DNA of 64,000 nucleotides from Cyanidioschyzon merolae (taxonomy: Eukaryota): assembly GCA_000091205.1 (NCBI GenBank), contig AP006502.2; one strand, 5' to 3'. Below, one piece after another: positions 55,975-64,000 of the stretch. The notes under the pieces are model-generated. The model saw nothing but the letters and a program-made list of their open reading frames with translations. It made no database searches and had not been told where the DNA came from. The position numbers were made by a program, and so were the translations under genes. Every line of letters begins with the position of its first letter. Positions within the stretch are counted from its first letter, which is position 1.

Positions 55975-58900
55975 CTATGTCTCCTGATCGTTGGTCGAAG
56001 ACTCCTCACCGAACAGCTTCGTTCGCGCATAATTCAAGTACACTTGGTCCTCGAAATCGCAGTTTGGCAAGACGCTCGACGCTCCCGAGGTCTCCATCGG
56101 AGGCAGCCGCACAACGACCACGGGCTCGGGTGCGCCGCTGCCCGCCGGCACCGATCCGGCATCTGCGGTTACCGCTGAGCCATGGTATCTTTGCCCAGCC
56201 CGGTCCGAGTTTGCTGGCGCTTCGTCAGTAGCTTCCCTGGAAGTTACAGCCGGGACCCGAATAATCAACGGTGCTTCGAAACGCTCTGGGGGCATCAGAC
56301 TAGCACGCGACCCCGCCACTGCATCATGCGCGTGCATACCCAGGGAGCGCATCTTCAAGCGACGTCCGTACTCGTCACGAGTTAACAGCGGCGCCGGTTC
56401 CCCAAAGCCCCACATGGTTCGGAAGAATTCCACAGCAGCCTGCCTCGCAACCGGGTGACGATACCTCGCAAAGAGGCGCAGAACTTGACGAACCGCCACC
56501 GCAGCCATTTCGTGCTCGCTGCGAAGCAAAATCGCCAGCTTTGTCGTTCGAGAAGCGAACTTGCACATGGCTCGCAAAACCAACACCGGATAGAGCGGCT
56601 CCGGTGCCACCGCAGCAATAACCAGCAGCGATCGAACCACTTCGGGACGATCACCGGCCGTTCGCACGAGACCCTCGACTGCCGCTCGAAACGGACGATG
56701 GAGCCACCAGACGCGGGCCAGGTACTGCTCGAATCGAGATCGAGTGGGCGCCTCATCGAACCGATCGAGCTCGACTCTAACTGGACCAAGCAATGTACTC
56801 CAAACGAGACGCTCGAAATCGTTCTGAATACGAACTGCCTCGGATGACGAGCGGTCGGACGTTACACATTGCCGCTGGATGGAGACCAGCTCGGCTGCGG
56901 CCTCGATACAACCGGCAGTGAGCGCTCGCTGATGACTCGGGAACAGTCGATCACGGTTCAGAAAGCGTTCGATGCAGCGTGCCACCTCCATGGTGCGCAA
57001 GCCTTCATTGGTACTGGACGCAGAGGCAAAAGCCAGCAAAGCATCCCGTAGAAAATACGCATCGTCAAACATATTCGCTTCGTTGTTATGAAAACGCAGC
57101 ACGTGATCTAGCAACGCAAATAGATCGGTAGGCGTGCGCTGAGCGCCTTCACCAGTTTGCGCGACCCGAATGCCCCCGAGGGCTCGCAACATAGCTCTTT
57201 GCAAAAAATATTCCGCCAGATTTCGACTGAAATCCAGCGGTCGTGGAAGTCGTTGCAGCCACTCGCGCCCGAGCCTTGCTCGCTTCTCCTGCAACCGCCC
57301 TGGAGCAGTTGCCGCTGTCGTCGCTGCGTCTGCCTGACTACCTACCAGTGCATCCGAGGCGTCGACGTTCGCCAAATGGTTATCCTCCTTGGCATCCGAA
57401 CGAGGAAGCACTTGGTCCTCACCAACAAGGTACCGATTCGCGTAAAAGTCTACAAGTATTTCAAGGCCGAGAAAGCGGGTTTCGCTACCACCCCAGCGGG
57501 CAATACTTGCCGCTGCAGCGCTGCGCACACGATAGTGAACCTGTTCATTCAGGAGGCCGTGCTCTGCGAGACCGCGCACACCTATTGCGGTTGCATGCAG
57601 ATAAAGAGCATCACAGCAGTCCATCTGACTTGATACGTCGCGTTCTCCGGCAAGCTGACGAACCCAGGCTCGCTCATTCTGGCGCCAGAATACCCCCCTG
57701 ACCCACTCCATGTCAGGGTCGACGCGGATCCACATAATCGGATCATGGGTCAGCGGGAGTCGCTCTCCAGCGGGTGTCGTTGTTGTCGTTGTTGCGTCAG
57801 CGCTGCTGGTACCGCCAATATCCGGGTGATCGACGCTGGTTGCTGCTGCTGCCGCTGCTGCCGCCGCTGCAGCTGCTCGCCCACGTACACCGAGACCTAC
57901 CTTGCGGGTACGGCAGTAGACGTCAAAAACGTGAACGCTTTCTTGAATCTCTAAATCAATGGTGTAGTGCTCTTCGGGTTCACGTATGCTCAAGCGCAGA
58001 GTACCGCGAAATACCAGCGGTTCCGTAACAACACCGCTCTGTCGACGATGATTGGTTTGTCTCACAGCGACCTCGATCTTGTGCTCTTTGGGATCGTATC
58101 GATAGCCGCAATGAAAAAGCGGCATACTATTGCTTACAACGTACTGGCGAACAAATGCGAGCAACTCCACGCCAGTCCGTCGCTCAAGGAGCTTCAGGAA
58201 AGGTTTCAAACCGACGGCATGATGGCGAGGAGGCATCACCAGCAAGCTGTGCAGCGTGGAGCGGATACCTTCACCGACATCGACCCGAGCTGCGTGATGT
58301 TTGCGCCCTGTCGATGCTCCGCTTGTCGACTGGACTTGGATGAGTTTGCGCTCCGCTCGGCGATCGATGGCCGCAATCAGCAGCATACTAAAGCGTCGAG
58401 AAGGCTCGTGCGACTCGGCCGCTGGCTGCTCGGCGGGCGACCAACGCAGCGAGCCTGGAGATTCCACGAGCGACTTCATCGCGTCCCGTAAATACAGACG
58501 GAACCAGGTGTTCCCGAAGAGCTTGCGGAGACAGAGCGCACCGACGTATTCCTCGATACCCACAAACAACCAGAGGTCAGCAGTATGCAGTGGTCGCAGC
58601 AAGCGACGCATCCAGAAGGATGCCAGCGCAGTCACCATGCGCCGGTGCGAGTCAAACACGTCATCCACGACTCGATCCGAGAACAGTAAAATCGAGGAAA
58701 GCACGACGAGACCTCCACCGGGATACACACTCGGCAGATGCATGCCGAATCCATCCACAAAGACAAACTTGAGCGAAGCGCAGGGACAGGGCACACCAAA
58801 ATAGTTCTCGAGGAATTCCATTGCCGCGGGCAAAAAGTCTACCGTGTTCACTAACTGGCGAACAAAGCCAGGTAAACAAAAATAGGTGACGCTCTGAGGT

Positions 58901-60309
58901 CGTATTCGATCGGGAAGCACCCGAAACAAGCCGGCAGAAAACGCGATATCGCTCGCAAGTACTGGCTCCGGAACCTGGAAAACAAAACGTGTGCGAGATG
59001 CTCGACCCGCCTCAGTGCTCTCTTCTAGGCTGCTGCCTTTGAGTTCCCCGGAGGCAACCGCAATCATCCCAGTTGGCACGGTTATCTCCAGGTCATAGGC
59101 GCAGCGCACTCCACTGTTGGCGAGCACTGCGTTCGGCGGGTTCAGACACGGCATCCACGTTGACGCCAAACCGCTGTGCGACTCCACGTACATGTGTTCC
59201 ACGAGAATCGGTAGAGGCTGTTGCTGCAGCAGCAGCAGCTGCTGCTGCTCCGGCAGGCGTTGGTCGAAGAGCAGCGCATCTTCAGCGGCTCCGCTGCCAT
59301 CGAAAACGTCAAGGGGCTCTCCGTTAGCATGTCCGCAAAAATGCACCGCTGGTGACTCTGGAAGCGTCGTATACTCTACCTGCAGACGGAGACCTATGCT
59401 TACAGTCGGTTTGGTCCAAGTCGCGTCGATTTTCGTCCCCAGTGGTGCCGTTGTCGAGCGCGGCTCCGTCTCTGAGCGAGGTATGCGGTCCACCAGCGCG
59501 TCCGCTTCCGCCACTGAAACTGGCTCCGCTTGTGGATCTTTGCATGCGCTTCGTGCTTCGGACGACGACTTTGAAAGATCATTCGGAGATGTTCCAGTAA
59601 CGTCCACGGGGTTCGTGGCAGCAGTGGGATCCCCTGGTGGTGGCAGCGGCTCTGCGGTTCGGCTGGCTCCCAATATCGACCATGGAACGAAAACCAGAAG
59701 CTCACCATGGGCGGCGTGACGAGCCTGTCGTGAGAGCATCATTTCCAGCTCCTCCATTGTTGGCGGAGGGTAGATTCTATCAGCAATAGCCTGCATAACC
59801 TCGGTACCGTCGAGCGGACTCTGCAAGCGATACTCCACAGCGCGGTCGTTCACGGTTACCGCCTGAATCGCACAACACCGGAGGTTTATGCGCAGTTCTA
59901 GGGTATCGGATGCGTCTCCCTTATATTTTGTCGTCCCTGGCTGACGCAGTGCATTCGGTACCTGGAAATAGAGCAGTGCTCGGCCGCGTAGTTTGCGCTC
60001 GGCAAAGTCGACGTCCACTCGCAGTTGCACGCGATCAAGGCGAGGTCCGAGACCACCGCCCTGACTAGCGTCACCGCGGGTATGCTCCGCGCGGGCTTGG
60101 GCCTTCCGATCAGTCCCTGGGTTGTTTGCGTGCGTAGGCTGCAACACACCGGCGCCATGACTCGTTGGCAAGCGCAAAAGCGTTGGCGCTGCAGCTGATG
60201 ACGCTTTGGAGCGGTGCTTGCGCGCTCGTAGCTCCTCAGCTCCTCTTTCCTGCGGCGTACGGCTCCCTGTCGTTTTTCTCAGTGTAGGACTGGAACGGTT
60301 ACCGTCCAT
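55975..60309 (-). CDS. TAF2: TFIID subunit TAF2 (aminopeptidase-N-like fold), with poly-Ala and low-complexity insertions
   Basis: Seen: LLRPLHTADLWLFVGIEEYVGALCLRKLFGNTWFRLYLRDAMKSLVE aligns with the TAF2 block W..GI.GY..GL..KK.FG.NEYR. IMWIRVDPDMEWVRGVFWRQNERAWVRQLAGERDV aligns with the TAF2 block LLWIRIDPDM...QLRYERDV. A C-terminal HEAT/ARM-like region follows. The first ATG is at 60309 (the ORF track start at 60399 is TTG). There is an Ala12 run at about 57840-57880. Confidence 0.72.
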   Translation of the reverse strand: MDGNRSSPTLRKTTGSRTPQERGAEELRARKHRSKASSAAAPTLLRLPTSHGAGVLQPTHANNPGTDRKAQARAEHTRGDASQGGGLGPRLDRVQLRVDVDFAERKLRGRALLYFQVPNALRQPGTTKYKGDASDTLELRINLRCCAIQAVTVNDRAVEYRLQSPLDGTEVMQAIADRIYPPPTMEELEMMLSRQARHAAHGELLVFVPWSILGASRTAEPLPPPGDPTAATNPVDVTGTSPNDLSKSSSEARSACKDPQAEPVSVAEADALVDRIPRSETEPRSTTAPLGTKIDATWTKPTVSIGLRLQVEYTTLPESPAVHFCGHANGEPLDVFDGSGAAEDALLFDQRLPEQQQLLLLQQQPLPILVEHMYVESHSGLASTWMPCLNPPNAVLANSGVRCAYDLEITVPTGMIAVASGELKGSSLEESTEAGRASRTRFVFQVPEPVLASDIAFSAGLFRVLPDRIRPQSVTYFCLPGFVRQLVNTVDFLPAAMEFLENYFGVPCPCASLKFVFVDGFGMHLPSVYPGGGLVVLSSILLFSDRVVDDVFDSHRRMVTALASFWMRRLLRPLHTADLWLFVGIEEYVGALCLRKLFGNTWFRLYLRDAMKSLVESPGSLRWSPAEQPAAESHEPSRRFSMLLIAAIDRRAERKLIQVQSTSGASTGRKHHAARVDVGEGIRSTLHSLLVMPPRHHAVGLKPFLKLLERRTGVELLAFVRQYVVSNSMPLFHCGYRYDPKEHKIEVAVRQTNHRRQSGVVTEPLVFRGTLRLSIREPEEHYTIDLEIQESVHVFDVYCRTRKVGLGVRGRAAAAAAAAAAAATSVDHPDIGGTSSADATTTTTTPAGERLPLTHDPIMWIRVDPDMEWVRGVFWRQNERAWVRQLAGERDVSSQMDCCDALYLHATAIGVRGLAEHGLLNEQVHYRVRSAAAASIARWGGSETRFLGLEILVDFYANRYLVGEDQVLPRSDAKEDNHLANVDASDALVGSQADAATTAATAPGRLQEKRARLGREWLQRLPRPLDFSRNLAEYFLQRAMLRALGGIRVAQTGEGAQRTPTDLFALLDHVLRFHNNEANMFDDAYFLRDALLAFASASSTNEGLRTMEVARCIERFLNRDRLFPSHQRALTAGCIEAAAELVSIQRQCVTSDRSSSEAVRIQNDFERLVWSTLLGPVRVELDRFDEAPTRSRFEQYLARVWWLHRPFRAAVEGLVRTAGDRPEVVRSLLVIAAVAPEPLYPVLVLRAMCKFASRTTKLAILLRSEHEMAAVAVRQVLRLFARYRHPVARQAAVEFFRTMWGFGEPAPLLTRDEYGRRLKMRSLGMHAHDAVAGSRASLMPPERFEAPLIIRVPAVTSREATDEAPANSDRAGQRYHGSAVTADAGSVPAGSGAPEPVVVVRLPPMETSGASSVLPNCDFEDQVYLNYARTKLFGEESSTNDQET

Positions 60310-60589
60310 TGCCGCTGTAGCGGCACGTCCAGTGGAACTTTGCGAGGCAACCGGGAGGTATCTGGCTTGAGCTCGAAGCGCTCGCTGAACGCGCTGCAAT
60401 ACCGAATGCCCCGTTGTGTTCTGGCGCTGCCGAGTGCTGAGCGCACTTTTGCTGCTGCTGTCGTTGTGGAAACGATCAGAGAGGGCTTGTGAAGCGACTT
60501 TTGCGGTTTGGGGTCAGAGGGCCATACGAGGCGGCTATGGTCCGGTTTGCAGGAGACCGGCCGCATGGTCGTGCAGGTCCGTAACCTCC

Positions 60590-60590
<1 letters not shown>

Positions 60591-60633
<43 letters not shown>
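60591..60633. repeat. (CAG)14 trinucleotide microsatellite, intergenic
   Basis: Seen: cag repeated 14 times between the TAF2 start (60309, minus strand) and the downstream gene end (61981). Confidence 0.9.
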
Positions 60634-60634
<1 letters not shown>

Positions 60635-61980
60635 TGCATACGGTCTTCTGTCAGACGGTCGTTCCCGGGAACGTCTAGAGCTGGAAGCTGCACTCGCTGC
60701 CCAAGTCGAGAGTCGTGTCCGAGTCAACGCGCGCAACATGGACTGGTCAACGATGCAGCTTTCGATGCGGGGCTTTCCCGTGGCTACCGCGGTCGACGAC
60801 CGTCGAGGGTGCTAACGAGCCTAGCCGCGACATAGACCAGCGCTTGGATTTGATTCACTTTTCAGGCAAGCTGAAGAGCTGTCCGGACTTGTTTAGACTG
60901 CAGACCTGGGAAGCTCACGTGGACCGCTTTTTGCTTGGCACTTTTTCGGTGCAGGCACCGGAAGGCGCAACGGGTGGCGTCTACGAACGCCACGCGACGT
61001 TTTGACCAGAGCAACGGATGCAGCTTGAAGTCTGCTTCGGGTGAGGTGCACCTTGGTTGGATGCGGAAAGTGCTTGCACCCTGTTGCTCTTCGAGTTACT
61101 CAGTTACCGGGAATTGAGACCTGCGGACCGTGCATGAACTGCACGCATACACGATACTTTGGACACTTTTGATACTTCGGATACGGTTCGATTCCAGTGA
61201 GTTGCAGCACCCGCGCTAGATCGTTTTTCCAATCTTTCGCCAGAAAGAACGGCATCCCTGTGTTGCGACGAGCTCGGCACGGACGAGTAGTCGCTATCAG
61301 TGAACCTGTCGCAGCCAAGTATGACAGCCAGCGGATTGTCCCCGTGACTGGGTCGTTAGGGACTATGTAGCCCCATCGTGGGGTGCTTTCGAGTTTACGA
61401 ACGACTTTTTCGGCACTGCGAATCGCCGACTCCAATCAGTCAAGCGGTTTAGTCGACAGGGCGTCGGCGCTAGTGCAGGTACACGTCGAGCAGCCGCCGC
61501 CTCTTCTGGGATCCTCTGCAACCTGATACCACACGAGATCAGCCACGAGACAGACATGACCATGGACCTATAGATGCTGAGCAGGTGGCAACAACAGCTG
61601 CTACCAGCGCTCCAACAGGCTGAATGCGAGGACGCTTGGATACCACCTGTGTCGATGGCTCACCGCTTCGACATTTTCATGCACTGGATAGGCAATGGCC
61701 GTTTCAACCTGCTGGATTCGCTGCAACAGAGAGCGTTCTGGTTTCGAGATTCCTCTCTGCGCTGGAATCCAGAAGCCGCATGCTAGAGTTTCTGGTCCTG
61801 AACAGAGCTCTCGCTTCAAGGTGACGCTTTGTGGTCGCACCCGGAGCACTGAGCATGCTCGCGAATATGCGTTATGTGAGATCCTTCTCTGGATACCGTG
61901 ACTAGGCTCGCCACTGACGTCTACGAGTACCTATAAACCACCCGCGTGTACCCGCCTGAACATTGTACATCTTCGATTTC

Positions 61981-64000
61981 CTAAACAGATGGGCGGCGTG
62001 CATCCGCGACTCGGAGTACTTGCAATGGCCGAGTGAGTATTTCTTCTCTCTTCTTCTGATAAAGTTTCTCCAACGCAGACTTGCACGACTCATAGGTCTG
62101 CTCTAGTACGCGAAGCTCATCCTCAATTACCTGTGTCATATGGGGTCCACGTTCGCAAAGAGCGCGACTCTGCTCCTGCGCTTTGGCGCCGGCACGCAGC
62201 AGCGTCTCCATTGCTTTCATCATATCTCGTAGCGAGGGTGTTTTGCTCATCGCGTTTCCGCTGTCCTCATTCAAAGAAACGCCCACTGATCCTGTTGCTG
62301 TATGCAACGGTTCGTGACCCATCGACAGGAACAGCGAGCTGCAGCCCGACGCAGGTGCCTGTGCCGAATAGGTACGCTCGCGTGGCTGCTGTGTCCCGCG
62401 GGAGCGCCCTTCCGCTGCCGCTGCGTGTGACGATTCTCTTCTCGTTTCGCTGCGCTCTGCAGTGCGGACGTTTCCAGTATCCGATGCTCGACACCGATGA
62501 TCACCGTCACCGCTACCGTCATGATCTTCTTCTGGTTTTTCATCGGAGAGATTCGCCCACCAGCCCCGCGCGATGAGGTCGAGGGGCGCGTGCTCGAGTT
62601 CGCCTCGAAGCATCGCATCCGCAGCGGCGTTGCCGAGCGCACGCCGACCGTGTCGTTTGTCGTGTGCGGATGCAGCATCGAAACCGAGCAAGCATCGATG
62701 AATGCTCGCAAGCCATTCTCGAAGTCTATTGGTCGCGTCCACAAAGCTTCGATAGAGGGCACGCGATCGACGCATCAGCGCCAGGTGATTGCTTCCGAGC
62801 AAGAGCTGCTGTTCCAGCACAGATTCCATCATCTGATTCAAGGTTGCAAACAGCTGCATGGCGTCGTGAACGATAAGTCGCGCAGCCTCTTGCATGATTT
62901 CATTATGGACGTTCACCGAGGCCATGCTTTCGTTGACGTGCGCGTGCGGCACGGGACTTGTCGCCACCTCTACAACGCTCTCCAGGCGCACTTCTGTGAC
63001 TGCGTTCAGTTCATAGAGCAGCACTGGGATGACTTCTCGAAGCGCTCTCTCGAACGGGACGCGCTCCGAGAGCTCCTCGCCGAGTCTCGACGACACGACC
63101 CCCATTTCATCGACACAGCAGGGCGTCCGCTCTGCCGCCGGAGGTAACGATGCGAAACGATCGCCGAGCTCATCCAAAATTTTCGATTCCTGACGCTCGC
63201 CCAGGTAGAGGATGCGAAAACTTTCCAATCGTGTCCAGAGATACCGAGCGTATTCTCTGACAAAGAGCGAGCACGCTGTTGCTTCGGGCCTGGTGCGGCT
63301 TTCGTCGCGGAATGCCCGCGCCACAGCTTCCAAACTCATGACATGATGTGCAACCGCAGGCAACGGTTCAGCATTTGTCTCGCTAGAAACGCTACTTCCA
63401 CTGGCGGTCGCTGCACCAGCCTGACTCGAGCGCGTGATCAGACGGCGCGTCCAGTCACGTTGTCCGCGAGGGGACACGCCGCTTGAATGCGCAGCCAATC
63501 GCTCCAGTAAGTTGAGCATCGGCGAGTCGCTCGCTGTCCGTTGAGAACGTGTCGCCCCCGGGTGACTGCAGGCGTCGTCCGAATCGACGTCGTGGATGCG
63601 CGCTGGACGCTGCAGCCGCTCGTAGTAGGTCGCCCAGAGGCGAAACGCCACACTATCTGCGTAATGCGCTGCATCGCGCATGAGGCGATGCGCCACCATC
63701 AGAACCTTACAGACAATCCGCCAGTCCCGTTCCTGGCCGTGTCGCCAGAGCTTGCGAACAATGTCCCCGCAGAGCAGCATGCGTTCGACGGCGAGTGCAA
63801 CGTCTTCGGCACGCTCGCCGCCGTCGCTGGACCAGGTACCCGTCGGGGGATTCCGTTGACGATGATGTGGAAGCCGCTGGACGTGGAATGTCGATACCTT
63901 ATTGAGGCCGTACTGGGGTTTTGTGCTCAAGATCGCCACCGCAGTCTTTCTTGGGGCAGGCGTGTTGCTGTTGCTATTGTTGCTGCTGCTTTCGGGGCCC
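61981..64000 (-). CDS. ENTH/VHS-superfamily-like protein with a C-terminal coiled coil; 5'-partial (the frame is open to the window end)
   Basis: Seen: the minus-strand frame has no stop up to position 64000. ...W..RIVCKVLMVAHRLMRDA resembles the ANTH/ENTH helix (w.v.fKaLi..HrLmreG). A C-terminal heptad region LRVLEQTYESCKSALEKLYQKKREE is present. The assignment is weak. Confidence 0.35.
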   Translation of the reverse strand, partial: GPESSSNNSNSNTPAPRKTAVAILSTKPQYGLNKVSTFHVQRLPHHRQRNPPTGTWSSDGGERAEDVALAVERMLLCGDIVRKLWRHGQERDWRIVCKVLMVAHRLMRDAAHYADSVAFRLWATYYERLQRPARIHDVDSDDACSHPGATRSQRTASDSPMLNLLERLAAHSSGVSPRGQRDWTRRLITRSSQAGAATASGSSVSSETNAEPLPAVAHHVMSLEAVARAFRDESRTRPEATACSLFVREYARYLWTRLESFRILYLGERQESKILDELGDRFASLPPAAERTPCCVDEMGVVSSRLGEELSERVPFERALREVIPVLLYELNAVTEVRLESVVEVATSPVPHAHVNESMASVNVHNEIMQEAARLIVHDAMQLFATLNQMMESVLEQQLLLGSNHLALMRRSRALYRSFVDATNRLREWLASIHRCLLGFDAASAHDKRHGRRALGNAAADAMLRGELEHAPLDLIARGWWANLSDEKPEEDHDGSGDGDHRCRASDTGNVRTAERSETRRESSHAAAAEGRSRGTQQPRERTYSAQAPASGCSSLFLSMGHEPLHTATGSVGVSLNEDSGNAMSKTPSLRDMMKAMETLLRAGAKAQEQSRALCERGPHMTQVIEDELRVLEQTYESCKSALEKLYQKKREEILTRPLQVLRVADARRPSV

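Noticed and set aside
1-64000. Prokaryotic reading of the window (operons, defence islands, CRISPR arrays)
   Set aside because: The genes encode strictly eukaryotic machinery (TAF2, CCT-eta, SNF5, TRAPPC5, homeodomain, SCYL1, RAD51-family). They are monocistronic on alternating strands with kb-scale spacers. No spaced direct-repeat arrays were seen.

Overview
The window reads as a compact, GC-rich (~55-60% in genes), intron-poor eukaryotic nuclear region, not a prokaryotic one. It carries about 20 long, uninterrupted ORFs for hallmark eukaryotic proteins, roughly one gene per 3 kb on both strands, separated by AT-richer spacers. Recognised products: alpha-glucan water dikinase (GWD, 5'-partial), a Doa10/MARCH6-type RING-CH E3 ligase, an OTU deubiquitinase, a homeodomain protein, TRAPPC5/Trs31, a class-3 lipase with an N-terminal multi-TM domain, CCT-eta chaperonin, an SNF5/INI1 protein with a C-terminal GATA-like finger, a gamma-tocopherol-methyltransferase-like MT, mitochondrial aconitase, an SCY1-like pseudokinase, a RAD51/DMC1 recombinase, TAF2, and an ENTH/VHS-like protein (5'-partial). 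Starch-phosphorylation (GWD) and tocopherol-type plastid genes together with near absence of introns suggest a small photosynthetic eukaryote such as a cyanidiophyte red alga (e.g. Cyanidioschyzon-like); this is inference only. The supplied ORF track starts ORFs at GTG/TTG as well as ATG, so CDS starts were moved to the first in-frame ATG that fits the conserved N-terminus. The most unusual locus is a roughly 1.65 kb head-to-head inverted duplication at 31.0-32.7 kb of a TnpB/Fanzor-like (RuvC-fold) ORF. Both copies are disrupted by stops or a frameshift, and a 75-bp tandem duplication sits at the junction. Other items worth a second look: an in-frame TGA immediately before the catalytic GHSLGG of the lipase gene; the SNF5-GATA domain fusion; a 5 kb AT-rich gene desert at 4.5-9.4 kb; and a tandem-repeat, Z-DNA-prone tract upstream of the RAD51-family gene. 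No CRISPR arrays, rRNA or convincing tRNA genes were seen.
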